A stretch of 24,000 nucleotides of DNA from Oculatellaceae cyanobacterium (GCA_036702975.1 DATNPX010000034.1:413818-437817); one strand, 5' to 3'; counted from the stretch's first letter, positions 1-8,645 are shown. Program-made: numbers and translations. The notes: a model not told the origin generated them from the letters alone.

Positions 1-231
1 CCCCTAGGCAGTACTACTGTAACCACGCCTGGTGCTAACAAAGCCCTTACAACTCAAGCCGATCCGACAAACAATTCTTACAATTGTGTGGTAAAGATAC
101 ATGCAACGCTTCAACCGGTATGGCCTGGCTTTCCCTCAATGGTGGGGAGTGTGCCGGGGTTGAATGCGTCTTACGACGCCTGGGTGCAAGGAACGAATTT
201 TTTCGAGAACTCATCGAACTTGAATATTTAG
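1..231 (+). CDS. 3' end of a CDS entering from upstream (last 76 codons); function unknown, possibly Tad-pilus associated by position
   Basis: Frame 1 is open from base 1 to TAG at 229-231 (...AWVQGTNFFENSSNLNI*). It lies on the same strand as the TadE-like gene and directly abuts it. No recognisable motif. Confidence 0.4.
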   Translation, partial: PLGSTTVTTPGANKALTTQADPTNNSYNCVVKIHATLQPVWPGFPSMVGSVPGLNASYDAWVQGTNFFENSSNLNI

Positions 232-255
232 TTGAAACCTGGAGCTTCGTCAAGC

Positions 256-777
256 ATGTGTAGTCGCAAAGTCAACATTAAGAATGCCAGGAATCGGAGA
301 CGAGGCGTCAGCGCGGTTGAAATCGCGATAGTTTCGTTTTTAGTGATCGTTATAGTGGGAATCGCTGTTGATGCAACAATCTTCACCATGGCCTATGCCA
401 GACTTGATTCTACGACCCGTGACGCAGCACGCGCGGCAGCAGCACAACAAAAGGCCGCAACCGACGTTGGAAATACCTGTGCGGCAGCGCTGAAAGCGGC
501 TAAAACTCAACTCCAAACACATTCGACCGACGGCGTATTCATCAAGCAGCCGGTGCTGACGGGTACGGTTGCACCATACTTCGTTTACAACGACTTCGGC
601 GGCAGCCCGCCGGCACCGCAGTCAGCCTATGTTACCGTCACCTGCTCGGAAGATGTTTATCTACCGATACCAGTGACTTTTTTCGGAGCATCGTTTGGTC
701 CTTTTTTAACCAGCGGAAATCACATAACACTCTCAAGACAATACGTCTTTCCTATCGTCAAAACCAAGTTCTACTAA
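256..777 (+). CDS. TadE-like (Flp pilus assembly / pseudopilin-like) protein
   Basis: The N-terminus RRRGVSAVEIAIVSFLVIVIVGIAVD is the TadE/TadG-type basic stretch plus a hydrophobic helix with the conserved AVE motif. The ORF is open from TTG 232. ATG 256 is preferred because GGAG lies at 241-244. The start is uncertain (232 or 256). Confidence 0.72.
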   Translation: MCSRKVNIKNARNRRRGVSAVEIAIVSFLVIVIVGIAVDATIFTMAYARLDSTTRDAARAAAAQQKAATDVGNTCAAALKAAKTQLQTHSTDGVFIKQPVLTGTVAPYFVYNDFGGSPPAPQSAYVTVTCSEDVYLPIPVTFFGASFGPFLTSGNHITLSRQYVFPIVKTKFY

Positions 778-820
778 TCAACGAATTGACCTACTCGCTC
801 AAAATCGGGGCAACAAAAAC

Positions 821-2773
821 ATGAAAGGCAAAAGACAAAGACGAAGCGAAAAAGGTTTGACAGTAGCCGCGCTGGTGGCATTTATAGCGGTCTTTGTGAT
901 CGGACCATTGTCGATGTTTGTTTTTGAATTGACCCGCTACAACCTTGCCGCGCAGCAACTGAAGAACTGCCTCGATTCAGCGGCCCTGGCTGCAGCTTGT
1001 GCAGTCACGGGCTCAAACTCTTCCAACGCTGGAGTGACACAAACTGCAGCAATGAACGCTGCAATTTATATGTTTCAGCAGAATTCCATTTTCAACTATT
1101 CACTGTCCTCAGTCTCTTCGACACCCGCATACGGAACGAGTGCACCAACCTGGAGCCCTACACCAAACGCTGCCCAGCTATACTTCGAATTTTTAGATCC
1201 GGTAACGAAAAATCCAGTTGCATATAACAACAGCAGCGGTAAGATCATCCGCGTTTTCGGCGCATGGGGCTTTGTTCCGAGCACAGCTAAATTCATAGGC
1301 GTTGGACAGGGTCCTTACATAATTCAAGATCAGTCAGATGGTGGCTTACCACAATTGGACGTTATCTTGTGCTTTGACACATCAGCCTCTATGGACGATT
1401 TCACAAACGTCAGTCTCGTAAATAGGTATCAGAACGGATCCTACAATGGCTATGCTCTGCCCCAAGACACCAGTCAATACAACGGTCAGAACACCTGTCA
1501 GGGCCCACTCTACTACGCAATCGGTGCGACGAACGCCACCGGAACAGCCGTCAATGCGACCTGGCCAATGCAGTGGGACGCCGGTGGTGGCACCTCTGGC
1601 GTTTACACGTGGAATTCAACCGGCTACGGCACTGTAAATGGTTATGCAAAGTACACATTGAGCCAACTGTATAGCACAAGCAACGGCGGCGGTCCCCGAA
1701 CGTATACCGACATGGTAGTTAACGTCGATGGTACCGCGACGCAATCTATCGGCGCTACGATTAACGGGTTCACATTCCCAGCTGACGACGCCACTCATAA
1801 AGGTCTCGGTATCATGGTTGAGGCCATGAGGGGCAATCTTGAAAGCGTATCGGCTGCAACCGCAGCGAACGTTCCGTATACAACTTGGGGGATAACACCG
1901 AAAGCGGGTTGGTTCCAGGCTTATTATCAGGGCGTCTTGTCGGCGCAACCAGGTTTTCCCAGTTCATCCGCTCAGGTACCTTTACGGCACCCGATCGGCG
2001 ATGCGATCCTCGCATCCGAAAACTTCTTCAGTATTTTGAATCAAGATGCTGACTGTCACTTTGGGCTTTGCACATTCAGCAGCAACGCCGGGACCAGTTC
2101 GTCATCTCTTGAGGGCAGCAATCCAACACTGAGCACTGGAGGCAACCCTTCTTCTTATCCATATCCATCACCAGCATCCATCCCCTGCCCGCAACCAACC
2201 ATCAATTTAAATCCGACGGCTGGGTCAGCTTACAGTAACTTCTCAAGCGCCACGCCACCATCCACGTCGAGCGTGAACGGCGCATTGTTCGCCGCCGATC
2301 CCACGACCGATACATTGGTAGGCACTGTCTATGCGGTAGGAGGTACAAACATTGCCGACTCGCTAGACCAAGCCATTTCGCAAATGCTTGGTTCCAAAAG
2401 CACTGATCCGGCCGGGCCCACGCCTCTTGGACGCGCAGCCCAGAAGCTTGCTAGACCAGGCGCAACACGTGCGATTGTTCTGTTTACTGACGGTCTACCA
2501 ACCGCAGGCGGTGACAGCGGAACATCAGATCCAAACTCACAAGCAGAAGCGACATTCGCTAAGAAAGCTGGAATTCCGATTTATACAATCGGTTTGTGTA
2601 TGGTGTCGAGCTTACAAACTGACCAGACTACAGTGCTCACAGACCAGAGCGGCTCAACCGGCATTGCTGCTTTGTCTGGCAATGGAGCGACATTCACCCA
2701 AACAACAAGCGCATCACAGCTAAATTCTGTGTTCCAAAACGTTGCTCGCCAATTAGTCCAGTTGGTGCAATAG
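821..2773 (+). CDS. TadG-like pilus-associated protein with a C-terminal von Willebrand factor A domain
   Basis: The N-terminus KGLTVAALVAFIAVFVIGPLSMFVFELTRYNLAAQQLKNCLDSAALAAA is a TadG/Flp-pilus-assembly-like helix. vWA MIDAS elements are present: DVILCFDTSASMDD (DxSxS), GGTNIADSL and IVLFTDGLPT. The central part is rich in N, S, T and G. Confidence 0.85.
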   Translation: MKGKRQRRSEKGLTVAALVAFIAVFVIGPLSMFVFELTRYNLAAQQLKNCLDSAALAAACAVTGSNSSNAGVTQTAAMNAAIYMFQQNSIFNYSLSSVSSTPAYGTSAPTWSPTPNAAQLYFEFLDPVTKNPVAYNNSSGKIIRVFGAWGFVPSTAKFIGVGQGPYIIQDQSDGGLPQLDVILCFDTSASMDDFTNVSLVNRYQNGSYNGYALPQDTSQYNGQNTCQGPLYYAIGATNATGTAVNATWPMQWDAGGGTSGVYTWNSTGYGTVNGYAKYTLSQLYSTSNGGGPRTYTDMVVNVDGTATQSIGATINGFTFPADDATHKGLGIMVEAMRGNLESVSAATAANVPYTTWGITPKAGWFQAYYQGVLSAQPGFPSSSAQVPLRHPIGDAILASENFFSILNQDADCHFGLCTFSSNAGTSSSSLEGSNPTLSTGGNPSSYPYPSPASIPCPQPTINLNPTAGSAYSNFSSATPPSTSSVNGALFAADPTTDTLVGTVYAVGGTNIADSLDQAISQMLGSKSTDPAGPTPLGRAAQKLARPGATRAIVLFTDGLPTAGGDSGTSDPNSQAEATFAKKAGIPIYTIGLCMVSSLQTDQTTVLTDQSGSTGIAALSGNGATFTQTTSASQLNSVFQNVARQLVQLVQ

Positions 2774-2824
2774 GACGGACGGCGACGCAATACGGGTCCA
2801 GGCACTCAGGGTCGAAATAACGAG

Positions 2825-2870
2825 CTGAGTTATGAACGCAACGCAGGCTGAGTTATGAACGCGACGCAGG
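2825..2870. repeat. Tandem duplication, 2 x 23 bp (CTGAGTTATGAACGC[A/G]ACGCAGG)
   Basis: Units 2825-2847 and 2848-2870 differ at one base. The repeat sits in the convergent intergenic gap between the TadG-like stop (2773) and the lexA stop (2888). Confidence 0.9.
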
Positions 2871-2887
2871 GCTACTCGAAGATGGAC

Positions 2888-3565
2888 TTACATCTTCCGG
2901 AAAAGCGCGACCACGGTGCCTTGAATATTGAGGTCTTCTCTAGAATTGACAAAAATCGGCTGCATCTGGCTATTGGCTGGTTGCAGCCTGTACCCCTCTT
3001 TCTCCTTAAAGAAGCGCTTCAAGGTGGCATTACCATCCTCGAGTAAAGCAACCACAATCTCTCCATTACGTGGAGAAGGATTGGGCTTGATGATGACAAA
3101 GTCACCATCATAGATACCATCGTCAATCATAGATTCGCCTTTAACCTTAAGCGCAAAACAGCCGTCGCTGGCATAAGGTCCTTCCATCTCTAAGTACTCG
3201 TTATGCGATAGAGCGTCTATAGGTTGACCGGCGGCGATGGCACCAACCAATGGAAGACCGGTTGGTGGAGCGACATTCTCTTCAATGACCTCATCTTCTT
3301 CTGCAACAGGCTTAGTGCCCGAGATTGGACCAACAAGGCGAAGTGAACGGTTTAAGCCTGGCTCCCATTGGACGAATCCCTTTTTCTTGAGCGCGGCCAC
3401 ATGTTGATGCACTGTCATCCGATTTCTCAAGCCAAGCGCCTTCGCTAGTTCAGCCAAAGTTGGCGGATAGCCGCAATCTTCGGTCAATTTTATGATCTGC
3501 AGAACAACATCCCGCTGTCTAGCTGGCAGCTGATCTAGATCTATGGACTTTGCCGACTCCATCAT
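2888..3565 (-). CDS. lexA: LexA repressor (S24 peptidase, SOS regulator)
   Basis: It has a winged-helix N-terminus (PPTLAELAKALGLRNRMTVHQHVAALKKKGFV) and an Ala-Gly cleavage site (VGAIAAGQP). The catalytic Ser lies in GESMIDDGI and the catalytic Lys in NATLKRF. Length is 225 aa. Confidence 0.95.
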   Translation of the reverse strand: MMESAKSIDLDQLPARQRDVVLQIIKLTEDCGYPPTLAELAKALGLRNRMTVHQHVAALKKKGFVQWEPGLNRSLRLVGPISGTKPVAEEDEVIEENVAPPTGLPLVGAIAAGQPIDALSHNEYLEMEGPYASDGCFALKVKGESMIDDGIYDGDFVIIKPNPSPRNGEIVVALLEDGNATLKRFFKEKEGYRLQPANSQMQPIFVNSREDLNIQGTVVALFRKM

Positions 3566-3584
3566 ACGATGCTCCAGGTTGAGT

Positions 3585-3598
3585 ACATACGTAAGTAT
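3585..3598. promoter_or_regulatory. Candidate LexA operator: near-perfect 14-bp palindrome TACATACGTAAGTA (TAC-W-TACGTA-W-GTA)
   Basis: 12 of 14 positions are self-complementary. It overlaps the predicted -10 and start region of lexA, as expected for autoregulation. It does not match the E. coli, Gram-positive or cyanobacterial LexA-box consensus. Confidence 0.35.
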
Positions 3599-3623
3599 AG
3601 TATCGACAGATCGTCTTGTCTAG
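3595..3623 (-). promoter_or_regulatory. Predicted sigma70-type promoter of lexA (TAGACA-17 nt-TATACT on the - strand)
   Basis: Read on the - strand, the -35 TAGACA is at 3623-3618, the spacer is 17 nt and the -10 TATACT is at 3600-3595. A GGAG Shine-Dalgarno lies about 7 nt before the ATG. This is a sequence match only. Confidence 0.45.
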
Positions 3624-3813
3624 CCCTTTTTATTTTTCGTTTCTCTTCTCTTGTACGGATCTGATAAAAACTCCGCACTACCAGCGGTGCATCAGTTTTG
3701 CGGTGATTGTGCCGAGCGCAGGATGAACATTGACATTAAACAGGCGTGGGCACTGAAAAATCGTACCCGCAGAACGGAACAGAACGCCACAGAATAGAGA
3801 TAGAGGCAACAAT

Positions 3814-4797
3814 CTAGAGAATACGCTTGCCGAGTACCGACAAGATCAATTCGGTGCCCAGTTCGGCAGTTCTGTTACGGACGTCGAGCGCTGGATTCAG
3901 TTCGACGATATCTACAGAGGTCACGAGATCTGTTTCGGCTAAAAGCTCAAGAGCGAGATGACTCTCTCTATAATTGAGACCACCACGAGAATCAGTGCTC
4001 ACGCCAGGAGCAACGTCAGGATCAATTACATCAAGATCGAATGACACGTGCAGCCCACTTATATCGCCACCGATAGCACCAAGTGCACGATTCATAACTT
4101 CGGGCAATCCTAAGTGGTCGATATCTTTCATCGTGAAGGCGGCCACACCGCAGTCGTCGATCAGATCGCGCTCGGGCTCATCCAACGCCCGTATTCCTAT
4201 TAAGGCCGTACGATTGCGGGGAACCTTCGGTTGATAATCATTGAGTTCGACCAAACGCGAATCGCCCCGACCAAGCGAGATTGCCAGGGGCATACCATGA
4301 ACGTTTCCACTGGAGCTGGTGGCAGGAGTGTTGATGTCCCCATGAGCGTCGAACCAAACCAGGCCAAATTCTTTCTTGATCCGTTTAAAGTGCTTGGACA
4401 CGCCAGCGATGCTGCCTATGGCCAGACTGTGGTCCCCGCCTATGGTGACCGGAATGTGACCATTGGCGAGAGCGTCGTCTACGGCATCTGATACGTCCTG
4501 ACTTACTTTCAAAATTTCGGGGATGCACTTGGCAGTGGTCTGGTCACCCCAACAGACTGAGCGTGGAACGTCGATATCGATCTCTTCAGCAACGTTGAGT
4601 CCTAATTTTTCAATCTTCTCTGCCACTTCAGCCACTTTCATGGCTGCCGGTCCCATACTGACCCCGCGATGAGCGCCGCCAAGATGCAGAGGCACGTAAA
4701 TCAAAGAGACAGAGCGCAATTTCTTCTTAGACGCAGTCTTTTCGCGCGATACTTTAGGCACTGATTTGAACTCCCGTGTTCTAACTATCGAATTCAC
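3814..4797 (-). CDS. rocF: Arginase (ureohydrolase family)
   Basis: Mn-binding and signature motifs are present: GGDHSLAIGS, WFDAHGDINTP, SGNVHGMPLA, SFDLDVIDPDVAPGV, GGLNYRESH and ELNP. It aligns along its length with Bacillus RocF from memory. The start is GTG 4797 with GAGGA 7 nt upstream. There is a roughly 30-aa basic N-terminal extension. Confidence 0.9.
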   Translation of the reverse strand: MNSIVRTREFKSVPKVSREKTASKKKLRSVSLIYVPLHLGGAHRGVSMGPAAMKVAEVAEKIEKLGLNVAEEIDIDVPRSVCWGDQTTAKCIPEILKVSQDVSDAVDDALANGHIPVTIGGDHSLAIGSIAGVSKHFKRIKKEFGLVWFDAHGDINTPATSSSGNVHGMPLAISLGRGDSRLVELNDYQPKVPRNRTALIGIRALDEPERDLIDDCGVAAFTMKDIDHLGLPEVMNRALGAIGGDISGLHVSFDLDVIDPDVAPGVSTDSRGGLNYRESHLALELLAETDLVTSVDIVELNPALDVRNRTAELGTELILSVLGKRIL

Positions 4798-4810
4798 GAC
4801 CTATTCCTCA

Positions 4811-4843
4811 GATGTTGATAGGAGATGTTGTTAGGTTGATAAG
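4811..4843. repeat. Direct repeats GATGTTGATAGG / GATGTTGTTAGG / TTGATAAG just upstream of the arginase RBS
   Basis: The copies are at 4811-4822 and 4824-4835 (one mismatch), followed by a partial third copy at 4836-4843. On the - strand they read CCTAWCAACATC x2 immediately 5' of the GAGGA SD. Confidence 0.6.
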
Positions 4844-5089
4844 CGGCAAACATTGCCAGTGCCACCGAAATTCGGTAACACATTGTTCTTTTGCCGACGT
4901 CGACAAGTAATCATAAAGAACGCTAGTGTATAATCTTTCGATAGATTTGTCTTTGTTCGGCTTCGGTTCACCGCTCCAGCCACCCTCATCGGTTGCTGAG
5001 CGCAAACAAAAAGTTGGCTGCCAGATTCTTGAACGTTTTTTGTACGGATTTAGCTGCAGCAGCCAGGAGAGATTAGGGAGGTTAGAGAA

Positions 5090-5452
5090 GTGTTCCGTCC
5101 GTTGGTGAAATTGTTTTTCTTGGCGAAAGCAACTTTCGAAGTTGCCCGCGAGCGAGTAGAAGACGCGGTCGATTCTTTGACCGCCAGAGCTGGCGAATAC
5201 AGATCCTCGAGCAACGACCACCTGCACGAGGCCAAAGAGAAGGTAAGACAGGTCGTTGGCGAAATAGCGCAAAACATTTGGCAACGCTCTGAAGTCTTGG
5301 AAAGCCAAACAAAGGAAAAAATTCGCCGCCAAGTAGCTGATTTTTCCTTGGGTGCCCTAGGCGACACAACTGAAATCAATGAACTGCGGGCAGAAATCGC
5401 TACTTTACGAGCAGAAATCGCCGAACTTCGCTCCAGCAGAGTGAGCATTTAG
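5090..5452 (+). CDS. Small coiled-coil protein, function unknown
   Basis: The start is GTG 5090 with GGGAGG at 5076-5081 (8-nt spacing). The sequence is helical and charged, ending in the heptad-like ELRAEIATLRAEIAELR. It is preferred over three overlapping - strand ORFs. Confidence 0.6.
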   Translation: MFRPLVKLFFLAKATFEVARERVEDAVDSLTARAGEYRSSSNDHLHEAKEKVRQVVGEIAQNIWQRSEVLESQTKEKIRRQVADFSLGALGDTTEINELRAEIATLRAEIAELRSSRVSI

Positions 5453-5545
5453 TCTGGCCGCGATTGCCACGCCTGAATTCCGTCTGAAATAATGGCCCGT
5501 TAGCGAGTTCGGTGCGGACTGGAACGCTGATAGAGGCAGGTCATA

Positions 5546-8500
5546 GTGAGTAGCGATAGCCAATCGAAAGAAGAGCAGTCGCGCGATTTGCCGACAGAGC
5601 AGGACGTTGAGCCGGCTAACACCGATCAAAAAAAGCAAAGACTCGAACCGAAAAGCCTGGCCGAGGCAAGTACGACGGTCGTCGACGAAACAAGTGATGG
5701 TCTAGATACGGCGGCAGCGTCTCACATCGAAGAAGTTCCGGCGGCATCAGATAGCCACTCCTCTTCAAAACCGGGAGAGGCGAGCACTCCTGAACAGGCC
5801 GATCAGCTAGCTACAGCCGGCAGTGGCGAGGCGCCGTCGATTAGCGCCACCATCACCTCACAGGCACAATCTATTCATGATGCGGCTAGGCAAGCCGCAA
5901 TTCTGGCTGATTCGGAAGAACTGAAGTCTAAACTCAAGCGACCAACGGACAAGGCTATTCAAGCTGCCGCATCGGTCATGCAAAACCTTGAAGCTGCACA
6001 AGAGAAGGATTTCGATGCCTGGTTAGACGAACTCGACGCAAAACTAGCTGCAGCCAGCGCCCTTCTAGACAAGGCGGCAGAAGAGAAGGAAGCGCTGCAC
6101 AGAGTGGAAGCAGAGATTGCTGCCGCTCAACAGATGGCAGCTGAAAGAGTCGCCAAAGAAAGGCTCGAACATCTAGTAGCACAGGAAAAAACCGAGCCAA
6201 GCGAAAAGAGAGAAAGTAAAAGTCACAAGAGCAGACCAGTTGGAGAACACAAGGAGCGTCGCAAGTTACCGCGCGACACTCGTGAGACCTCTGGACCGAA
6301 AAAGCTCTTGCCGTCAGCACCAGACTCAGTGCCTGCGGCAGAAAAAAAACATCCTGCAGATAAATCAGGCAGCAGAGAAGAACGCAACCAGGCGCAAAAA
6401 AGCCAGACGACTCGAGACGAGCGCGATAACTTAAAAAAAGAGACGAATCAAGAGAAGATACAATCCCCGTCCACCGAAAGTTCTAGCGAAAGTCCAGCCG
6501 GCAACACCGCTGGCGATACCGAACAAAAACCAGCTCAACGCATCAATAAAGCCACTCATTCGCCGCCGCAAGCAACGAAGCATGAGCCTCAAGCCGTCAC
6601 GCGCAGAAAAAATTCTTCCGTAACCGATTCGCTCCAAGAAGCGGCCAACACACCACCAACAGTGCCGACTTGCGTTCCCGTTTCCACAACAGGTGCACCA
6701 ACATATGATCCGGAAATCGCTGACGAATATGTAAAATTGAGACGTCTCGCTCTCGACGATCGCTTCTGGAGCATGACAAAGTTGATGGCCTCATTCGCCA
6801 AAGAGAAAGCACGCAATAAGTGGCTCCCAGATAAAAAAGTTCCGGCATCAGTGCGCAAACGCGCTCTCGCAATTCGATTTCGCGAAGCGCTTGTGGAACT
6901 TGGTCCAACTTTTATCAAACTCGGTCAATTTCTATCGGTGAGACGTGATCTGCTCGAGGCAGAAGTGGCTGATGAACTGGCCACGCTGCAAGACAAAGTG
7001 CCACCATTTTCGGCCGACCAAGCGATAAAAACGATCGCACAAGAGCTTGGGCAAGAGCCAGACAAACTGTTTTTGGAGTTCGACAATACACCGATCGCCT
7101 CGGCTAGTATTGGACAGGTGCACCGTGCGCGGTTGCACGACGGTCGCGAAGTTGTGGTCAAGGTTCAGCGTCCCGATCTTGCTTCCAAATTTTACCAAGA
7201 CCTTGGCTACATGAGAGCCTTGATTCGTTGGGGTCGCCGTCTTAAACCCGATGGAGACTGGGATGGTTGGTTGGCTTTATCGGACGAGTTCGGACGTTCT
7301 TTGTTTTCCGAAATTGATTATTTGCAGGAAGGCAAAAATGCCGACCGCATGCGCATAAATTTGCGCGATTCAGGCTTCATTCGCATCCCGCGAGTGATCT
7401 GGAAATACACCGGACGGCATGTCCTGGCTTTTGAATATTGTCCTGGTATCAAAATCGATCGTATTTCTGAATTGAAAGAACGAGGTTTCGATCTGATCGA
7501 GATCGGCAATCAGCTAGTCTACGCCTATCTCGAGCAAGTTCTTATTCACGGTTACTTTCATGCCGATCCTCATGCCGGCAATCTAGCAATTGACGACGAG
7601 GGTCGCATCATCATGTACGACTTCGGCATGGTGGGCGAAATAAGCGAAGCACAGCGATTGGCAATTGCGGGTTGTGTTACGTCGGTAATCGACAAACAAG
7701 GCGAAGACGTCGCGCAATATCTTGTCGAGCTTGGCGTCTTGAAAGCAGAAGCGAACAAAGCGCCCGTGGTGCGAACCTTGACTCCATTTATCGATTATTA
7801 CTCCGGTCGTTCAGTGAAAGATCTCGATTTTTCGCATCTGGAAAGAGACATCGATCAGATTGCACTTGAACGGGCGTTGAAACTACCAGCCAATCTCGCC
7901 TATCTCTTGCGTGCTGGCAGTTCTGTTGAAGGAATCGCGAGAACATTGCAACCCGAATTCAGCTTCGTGGAAGCAGCGAAACCATTCATACAAAGGTGGT
8001 TACTAAGCAGGCCAAGCGCCTTCGGGGCCCTGTTAAAAATATTTTTGAAATACAGTGCCGAGGCATACAGAACCAGTGCAGAACGCCTCACAAGCGGCTC
8101 TGGTTTGTTCGGATTTGGCAAGCGCAAAGAGAAAAGCGGTCAAGAGATACCACGAGCTCAACCAACTCGCAGTACAGCCCAAGAAGCCGCAAACAAAGGA
8201 ATTAGTGCCCGTCCGAGCAGCAGTGAAAAAACGCCGCCGCGTGTGACATCATTACCGGCGCAGCCAACAGCGACCTCGGTTACGCCGCTATCCCTGCCAG
8301 ATGCCGAACCCGAAGACGTCCCAGCCACAACCATCGACAGCGCCACGCAAGCCCTTGAGAGAGACTGTCAAAATCAGCAACGACAAATTTACTTACTGGA
8401 AACAAGACTTGGAAAAAGCGTTAGACTACAGATGATTGTAGGCTGGTCTGCGGCGGGAGCTCTTGTATTCTCCTCTCTTTTTTTAATTGCGAGTTTTCTT

Positions 8501-8620
8501 GCAGATTATCGGTCTTACGCTCACCTTTTTCTGATTGGAAATGGTGTAATGGGGGCAATAATATTGTGGCATTTGGTAGAAGCCGCTTTACTTGGAAACG
8601 AGATCCAGGGAAAACGGTAA
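5546..8620 (+). CDS. ABC1/UbiB (AarF)-family atypical protein kinase with a long disordered N-terminal extension and a C-terminal membrane anchor
   Basis: ABC1 signatures are present: ELGPTFIKLGQFLSVRRDLL, PIASASIGQVHRA, VVVKVQRP and YFHADPHAGN. The first ~390 aa are low-complexity (K, E, S, P). The C-terminus has a coiled-coil-like stretch and two hydrophobic helices (MIVGWSAAGALVFSSLFLIASFL and LFLIGNGVMGAIILWHLV). The start is GTG with AGAGG 9 nt upstream, and the exact start is uncertain. Confidence 0.88.
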   Translation: MSSDSQSKEEQSRDLPTEQDVEPANTDQKKQRLEPKSLAEASTTVVDETSDGLDTAAASHIEEVPAASDSHSSSKPGEASTPEQADQLATAGSGEAPSISATITSQAQSIHDAARQAAILADSEELKSKLKRPTDKAIQAAASVMQNLEAAQEKDFDAWLDELDAKLAAASALLDKAAEEKEALHRVEAEIAAAQQMAAERVAKERLEHLVAQEKTEPSEKRESKSHKSRPVGEHKERRKLPRDTRETSGPKKLLPSAPDSVPAAEKKHPADKSGSREERNQAQKSQTTRDERDNLKKETNQEKIQSPSTESSSESPAGNTAGDTEQKPAQRINKATHSPPQATKHEPQAVTRRKNSSVTDSLQEAANTPPTVPTCVPVSTTGAPTYDPEIADEYVKLRRLALDDRFWSMTKLMASFAKEKARNKWLPDKKVPASVRKRALAIRFREALVELGPTFIKLGQFLSVRRDLLEAEVADELATLQDKVPPFSADQAIKTIAQELGQEPDKLFLEFDNTPIASASIGQVHRARLHDGREVVVKVQRPDLASKFYQDLGYMRALIRWGRRLKPDGDWDGWLALSDEFGRSLFSEIDYLQEGKNADRMRINLRDSGFIRIPRVIWKYTGRHVLAFEYCPGIKIDRISELKERGFDLIEIGNQLVYAYLEQVLIHGYFHADPHAGNLAIDDEGRIIMYDFGMVGEISEAQRLAIAGCVTSVIDKQGEDVAQYLVELGVLKAEANKAPVVRTLTPFIDYYSGRSVKDLDFSHLERDIDQIALERALKLPANLAYLLRAGSSVEGIARTLQPEFSFVEAAKPFIQRWLLSRPSAFGALLKIFLKYSAEAYRTSAERLTSGSGLFGFGKRKEKSGQEIPRAQPTRSTAQEAANKGISARPSSSEKTPPRVTSLPAQPTATSVTPLSLPDAEPEDVPATTIDSATQALERDCQNQQRQIYLLETRLGKSVRLQMIVGWSAAGALVFSSLFLIASFLADYRSYAHLFLIGNGVMGAIILWHLVEAALLGNEIQGKR

Positions 8621-8645
8621 TTCATGGGGGCAACGGAGATAAACA

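Noticed and set aside
47-253. A 68-aa ORF on the - strand at the window start.
   Set aside because: It overlaps a + frame that is open from base 1 to 231 and is contiguous with the Tad-like genes. Its composition is Ser/Arg-rich and has no motif.
2825-2870. The tandem repeats here, at 4811-4843 and at 23147-23188, considered as possible CRISPR-like or mobile-element ends.
   Set aside because: There are only two adjacent copies with no spacers, no cas genes, no transposase, and no flanking inverted repeats or target-site duplications. They are simple tandem duplications.
3579-3588. The 10-mer TTGAGTACAT is shared between the lexA promoter region (3579-3588) and the hydroxylase-gene promoter region (21798-21807). 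It could be a second LexA site.
   Set aside because: Chance 10-mer matches are expected many times in a 24-kb window when both strands are considered. The second site lacks the TACGTA palindrome core, and the orientation relative to the gene differs.
4808-5448. Three overlapping - strand ORFs (174, 132 and 95 aa) between the arginase and the ABC1 kinase genes.
   Set aside because: They overlap the + strand coiled-coil gene, which has a strong GGGAGG RBS. The - strand products are Cys/Arg/Ser-rich with no RBS or motif.
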